Source: Eledone cirrhosa
Taxonomy: Eukaryota
Assembly (NCBI GenBank): GCA_964016885.1
Contig: OZ024748.1
Location: 9,052,001-9,116,000 of the forward strand
DNA: 64,000 nucleotides
Direction of reading: 5' to 3'
The notes beneath the pieces were generated by a model, which saw only the letters and a program-made list of their open reading frames with translations, was not told the DNA's origin and made no database searches. Position numbers and translations under genes: made by a program. Shown one piece after another: positions 56,956-64,000 of this stretch; positions within the stretch are counted from its first letter, which is position 1; the number at the start of each line of letters is the position of its first letter.

Positions 56956-57289
56956 CGTGTGTGTGTTTGTAATAAATAGTAACTTATTAGCCAACATAAC
57001 AACCATGACGAATCAACATCACAGAGAAAATACAGATGACAATTATTATACTGGTTCATTACACCTGCTCAGACCTTCACACGGGGAATCCAAGTGTAAA
57101 TTATTCCTATTAAAACACACATGATGTTTGCTTACTGAGATGGAACATTAGAAAGCAATATTTTCATGATATTTATATTTCAATAATTTATATTGGGAGG
57201 GTTTACATTGTTCAAGTTCATACAGGAGTCTAAAGCCCCCCAAATATTATAAATTTTACATTAATAAAAAAAAAAAAAAAAGCTAATAC

Positions 57290-57570
57290 GGTGGAGTAGC
57301 AGTATCTGTAGAATGTCGGACAAGGTTAGCTTTCACTTTCATCCTTACTGGGTCGATAGAATAAAATAAAGTACCAGTAACACACTGGAGTTGATTTAAT
57401 CGACTTTAATCTCCCTGGAAAGGAGATGGCCTCCACCAGGTTTTTAAAATATGCCCTAGAAACGCTGTATGTCAATACTGCGCCCCCACGACTTTCTCGG
57501 GAGTTACGGGATCATGTACGTACGCCTCTCCCTTCAGTGAGATGGCCTTGTGCCACAAGTAGAAACAATT
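57290..57570 (+). mobile_element. SINE family A with internal insertion
   Basis: ttcatccttactgggtcgatagaataaaataaagtaccag ... gatggccttgtgccacaagtagaaac. The insert ~57415-57520 resembles 35463-35555. Confidence 0.65.
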
Positions 57571-57967
57571 ATTAAAACTAATATTGAATAAAAAAAAAAA
57601 TAAAAAATAAAAAATAAAAAAAGCAACCAATATATTTGTTTTTAATCCGTTCAATTTTTTAGAAAAGAAAACCGTTTTCTGTGTTCACTAAGTTTCATTT
57701 GGGAGAATCATTCGTATACCCACGGTACCTATATCCCGGTAGCCCCCCCCCCCCCCCCCCCCTTCATATAAGCTCAGCTTATTACATGTAATAGGATTTG
57801 ACAAGTTATATATACAAATAAATGTTAAATGAAAGAAAAAACAAAAAACTGACAATACAGAAATGCAATGCGTAAATGTTAAATAAAAATATAATACAGA
57901 CATGTTAAATGATATATATACATGTTAAATGATATAATACATGTTAAATATTATACATACATGTTAA

Positions 57968-58011
<44 letters not shown>

Positions 58012-58992
58012 CATGTTAAATGATATACATTCATGTTAAACGTTATACATGAATATATTGACAAGTCAGCGCCAGTGCGACCACAGAGATTTTAAACAAA
58101 TAAACTAAAGGATTAGGTCAAAGTATGTTAAATACTTCTGTCAATATAAGACCTATATTACGACCTCAGTGGTTGTAATTTATTGGTGAGGGAAGACTTG
58201 CCTCCTATTAGTTTAGATACCCAGATAATATTTCATAAAATACCATTACAGTGTGATAGATAAATATATATCTAATCAAATAAATAAATACACGGAATCC
58301 TACCTGATGTATTTTGTCTTCCTCTCAAATTAATCTGTTTTGTAAACCTTTTCAATATTTTAGATTCCGAAACGATCTGACTTGTGTGGTTGTTGTTCGG
58401 TAATTAATCGAGATTCGCTCATTTCTTGTTTCATTATGTAAATGAGTGATATGCGTTTATTTGTTTTAATTTATTTCGCATTTTTTCACATATATACATA
58501 CACTATGTCTCATCCATTGACAATTTAAATTCCTAAATGTAATCATATATTCAATTCTGAAAGTCCCCAGCCCCTCACACATCTATCTCATGTTTTCCTA
58601 GCCTCTACAATTTGGAAAAAATTCAAAAGCAACATCAATCGTTATCTCCCCTCTCATTGGATTATATTCTTGTCCTTTTTCCCTTCTCGGTAACCCCTGG
58701 CATTTTACTGGCTTTTTTGCTTTGATTAGAGTGAGCAAAAAAAACTGACTGTATCTTTGTTCGAACGACTGGAACACTCATCTTCAGAACGACGGAGATC
58801 CAACACCCATGCACGCACTCACACACTCACTCTCTTCAGGTAAACACCGTGACAGAATGCTAATGATTTGCTTCAGACCAATGAAACTGGTCAGTTTAAT
58901 CATCATACCAAGCTGCTGCCAAACCTTCATACAGACATAAATTCGCTGGTCACACTAAATATGTCACAGAAGATTTATCTATCATTTTCATT

Positions 58993-59330
58993 TATTGGTT
59001 TTTGATTTAGGCACAAGACAAGCAAGTTTGGGGAAAGTCAATTAAATGTTCCCCAGTATTTGACTGGTACCTTATTTTATTGACCTAAGGTTAACCGAGG
59101 CAAGATTTGAACCGAGAATATAAAGAACTGTAACAAATGTTGGTTTCTGATTTAGACACAAGACCAACAATTTGAGGGGGGGTGATTAAATCGACCCAGT
59201 GCATTACTGGTACTTTATTTTATCGACCCTGTAAGGATGTAAGGCAAAGCTAACCTCAGCAGGATTTGAAATCAGATCGTAAAGAGCTGTAACTCTATGC
59301 CATAGAGTATGTTGTCCGACGCTCCACCGA
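58993..59330 (-). mobile_element. Two tandem SINE family A copies
   Basis: ttggtttytgatttagrcacaagac...ctggtacyttattttatygacc occurs twice. Another copy is at 59812-59905. Confidence 0.7.
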
Positions 59331-60819
59331 TTTTCATATATTTTTCTCAGTAAAGAGTTTCAGAAAATCTTTTTTTTTTCTTTTTATAAAAAATATATTC
59401 AAGATTTTCTATTATACAATAAACTGGAGAAAAATTGTTGTTGTTAACCTTCCTAGAGATCTAATCTATACTTGGTTGTTGTTGGAACTGAAGTTGCTTG
59501 ACTGTAAATTTATTTAATGCATTATTCAGCTGAATCTGTGGTTTGAATAATATTATATTACACGCTTATTAAATTATAGAATTCTGAGGCGTTTATTGAT
59601 TGTTGTGAAACAGTCTGTTGAGAAAAGAAGAAGTAAAATAATTTCATGGGGAAAACATGTATATTTTAAGATGATGTTGCCTTCCTTAATAGTTAAGTTT
59701 ATCTTTCTGTTGTGTCGTTGAGTTTATATTTAAGGAAAATATAACAATTCCAATATTTGTTTCACCATTTAAAGATTTGCAAACCGAAACAGGTAGGAAA
59801 AGAGGAGAAATATTGGTTTCTGATTTAGGCACAAGGCCAACAATTTTGGGAGAGGGAAAAGTCGACTAAATCGAACCCTGTGCATTACTGGTACTTTTAT
59901 TTTATAGTAAATCCTTCATGTAGTTACTCAAGAAACGGTAGTTTACCGATATCTGGATTAATAGGGAGTTTGTGATAATTACAACTACTTAATACAGACC
60001 TTACAACCTTTAAAAACCCAAACGGGGAGAAATGAGGGAAAATGGGGATATTTTACATAATGAAAGCTATACCCCTTTTCACAAGAGAAGACATCTTTCA
60101 GTCCCGCCCCCCCCCCCCCCCCCCCCCCGCCACACTCACACACACACCTTCTAGCTATCGAATAAATGAGAAATAATATGAAAAACATGATATCGGGAGA
60201 TAAGTGATTTAGTCAATATTGTGAAGAACATGATATCAGATGATATCAGATGATAAGTAATATTGTCGAGTAATTTCTTACAGTCTATGAATCAATCGAA
60301 TCAATTGCAAACTGATTGAACATCGGTTTTCGCTGGAGGATCGTAAATTTGTATTTATTGAAAAGTATTCGGAAATGTTATGGCAAAAGCAGGCCAATCG
60401 TCATGAGATGCCAAATTGTGACCTGTGTATTTTGCCGACTGTCACCTAGGTGTGGTGGAACTGGGGGAGAGGGGACGTCCCCCCACCCCCAGTAATTATA
60501 TCTTTCTCCCCAAGCTACCAAAACACACATCTATTTGTATATCCTCTACAATTTACGTACATGATATGTAGAGATAGATTGGAGAGGTAAATATAGATAC
60601 AGAGAGGGGGAGAGGTTGGTGATAATTGATATAGAGATGGGGGAGAGTTCGTTGTAAATTGATATAGAGAGGGGGATTGAAAGAGAGTTCCGTGTAGCAT
60701 ATATAGAGAGGGTGATGGATAGAGTGAGAGGGAATAAGAAAGAGTGTTGTATGGTAGATATAGAGAGAGGAAGATTTTATTGTAAATTGATATAGAGAGT
60801 GGGGTTGGAAGAGAGTTCC

Positions 60820-60928
60820 TATAGAATTATAGAATAGTATTCCTAGATAGAATTATAGAATAGTATTCCTAGATAGAATTATAGAATGGTATTCTAGATA
60901 GATAGCATTATAGGATGGTATTCCTAGA
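60820..60928. repeat. 26-bp minisatellite
   Basis: (tagaattatagaatagtattcctaga)n, about 4 copies. Confidence 0.88.
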
Positions 60929-61127
60929 TTGAAACCGTCTTACATCTCTGTTCAATCAACGAATTATGTAGAATCATTCTCACAAGGGTGAAGAATTCAT
61001 TGAATTGAGTGAGTGTGAAAGACCAAAGGTCATTATTGAAATTCTCTGGGTTTCGCAAAATACATAATATCTTATTGGAGAAGGTAAGATATTTTTAGAA
61101 GTCGACCTTAAGTAGGAGCGATAACAT

Positions 61128-61511
61128 TAAGAAAGACATGAACGACAACGTATGATTTTGTTTTGAAAATTTTGAAAGTAGGTTTATAAAGATGAATTTT
61201 CATAACATTTTCGGAGTTGTCTCCGTGGCCTAGTGGTAGGTATTAGAGACGGTGGAGTTGGGTTCAATCCTGGTCGAGAGGTACATGTAATCTTTTTCAG
61301 TTTTTTTATTTTACAACCAATAGAAAATAAATACTGAAATGGTTTACCAGGAACCCTACTGCCGACCAGATCGAACTTCAGACCAGGATCACCACCGTCT
61401 ATGATTCCTCCAACTAGGCCGTCGAGACTCTCACAAAAGCATAATGAAAATTAATAATTATAAACCTACTTTCAAAGTTTAAAAGATGTGGTGACGTTCA
61501 TGGCTTTCCTA
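61128..61511. mobile_element. Fold-back MITE-like element with two convergent tRNA-like units (copy 2, both termini)
   Basis: Left end taagaaagacatgaacgacaac; right end reverse complement taggaaagccatgaacgtcacc. Internal IR tttgaaagtaggtttataa / ttataaacctactttcaaa. A and B boxes on both strands. Confidence 0.8.
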
Positions 61512-61915
61512 GAGCTATTAGTCATATTTATGGTAGACTTGTCAATCTTCTGGTTCTTTGGTAATAACCTATTATTCCTGTGTCTTTAACTGTTGTTAAA
61601 TACAGATTTTTCATTGGAGAAGTTAAGATATTTTTCCGCAAAAATTTGATTGCAGTTTTATTTCCAATTATGTATTTTTCAAAATGATATTTATTCATTA
61701 TAAAGATTAAATGATAACATTCTATATGTAGGTGGGCCACCTTCACCTGGCAGCCAATAATTTTAGACCCAGTCTGCAACTGTATATATATATAAAGAGA
61801 GGGAGAGAGAGAGAGAGAGGGAGAGAGATTCTATTTATCTCTATACCCACTCACCATCTCCCCATGTATTGAGTACTCCTATGACTAGTGGTATCCTGAG
61901 TCTCAGCATCACAGA

Positions 61916-61978
<63 letters not shown>

Positions 61979-61982
<4 letters not shown>

Positions 61983-62168
61983 AACGAGTAGGACCCCGAC
62001 GGCTGAGCTCAAGCCGTTTCGACGGCTAATTAGTCCAGAATTAGCCGTCGAAACGGCTTGAGCTCAGCCGTCGGGGCCCTACTCGTTCCTATTACCCACT
62101 CTACTACCCTAAGTATTGAGTACTTTGGTGCGTTATGGTCCACCTGGTTCCTTACCATATTTCCTTCG

Positions 62169-62170
<2 letters not shown>
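61979..62170 (+). mobile_element. Family H2 fold-back PLE-terminus element with hammerhead 3' half
   Basis: Arms 61979-62031 / 62039-62091 with a 7-nt loop. GAAA-cggct-tgagctc-agccg-TC-gggg. Tail contains gtattgagtacttt. (TA)n on both sides. Confidence 0.82.
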
Positions 62171-62239
<69 letters not shown>

Positions 62240-62535
62240 CACATATATATACACTCATTTCTTGCTATGGAGATATCAAACGAATATTTAACAAAGAGAA
62301 GGTCAATTTATCAGTATTCTTTTAAATAAGTAGAGTTAAATATATACGTTTTCCTATGTATTTTATCGAATATTTGGTAGTAATATTCGGTAAGAAATGG
62401 AACTGTGGAGGCATATATTGCGGAATGCCATAGTTTTAAGAGTATCCAGAACTGTAAAGAATGAACAAGATAGAATAGGAATGGTCAGCTAATCCAGCGA
62501 CACAAATATTTCAAACAACTCTATTACCGATCAAT

Positions 62536-62580
<45 letters not shown>

Positions 62581-62624
62581 CTTTTGGTCTCTTTCTGTAT
62601 CAGTTATTCTCTCTTTCTTGCTCT

Positions 62625-63210
<586 letters not shown>

Positions 63211-63567
63211 TTCTTTCTTTAGGTTCTCAATTCCGTATTCTAAACATCACCTCCCCCTCCTCCACCTTTTCCTACATCTCCCCCTCCCCTTCCCCACTAC
63301 CACCCTCTACAGTTTCTCTTCCATTTCCGACATCAACCAGTGGAGAATTCACATCAATATACATATGTGTGTGTGTGTATATATATGTATCTGCATGTTT
63401 ATATATGTGTGTGTGCATGTGTATGTATATATATATATATGTGTGTGTGTGTGTATGTGCGTGCGTGCGAATATATATATATATATATATACATTCGCAC
63501 GCACGCACATACACACACACACACACATATGTGTGTGCGTGTGTATGTGCGTGCGTGCGAATGTATA

Positions 63568-63662
<95 letters not shown>

Positions 63663-63801
63663 CATATGTGTGTGTTTGTTTGGGCGTGTGTGTTTGTGTG
63701 TGTGTGTCTGTATATGAGTGTCTGTGTGCGTGTGCGTGTGTGTCTGTGTGTCTGTGTGTGTGCGTGTCTTGTATGAGTGCCTGTGTGTGTGCGTGTGTGT
63801 C

Positions 63802-63832
<31 letters not shown>

Positions 63833-64000
63833 ATGTGTGTGTACACTCATATACACACATAAAATGTGCGTAAAAGGATTTGGTGAAGATCAATGCGCAT
63901 GCGTTGTCTCCCTTCCCAATTTCACCAACGTACGTTTCTACAAAGTATCTGTTGTTGTATGTCTTTATAGTGGTTGCCTGAGGTCCAGAAAGTATAATTA

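Overview
AT-rich eukaryotic DNA saturated with microsatellites ((TA)n, (TG)n, (GA)n, trinucleotide arrays). The repeat content suggests an octopus or other cephalopod intron or intergenic region (inference). No host gene can be supported, and most ORF-track entries are translated microsatellites. The real coding content is retroelement-derived: two 5'-truncated Penelope-like elements (PLEs) with RT plus C-terminal GIY-YIG ORFs (36723-38276 and 44322-46256), a decayed RTE LINE, a third PLE endonuclease remnant and a possible DIRS RT remnant. The main signal is a recurring architecture. Each PLE is a large fold-back (about 730 bp and 2346 bp inverted arms) inserted in (TA)n. Each arm carries a type I hammerhead ribozyme motif with a palindromic stem III, and only one arm keeps a 90-130 nt tail with a shared GAGT(G/T/A)CTT motif. 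At least six small non-coding elements (130-460 bp) repeat the hairpin and one-sided tail design in TA-rich sites: three with a full hammerhead core showing compensatory stem I changes, and three with only its 3' half. Other notable structures are a palindromic SINE dimer with an 11-bp target duplication and a MITE built from two convergent tRNA-like Pol III units.
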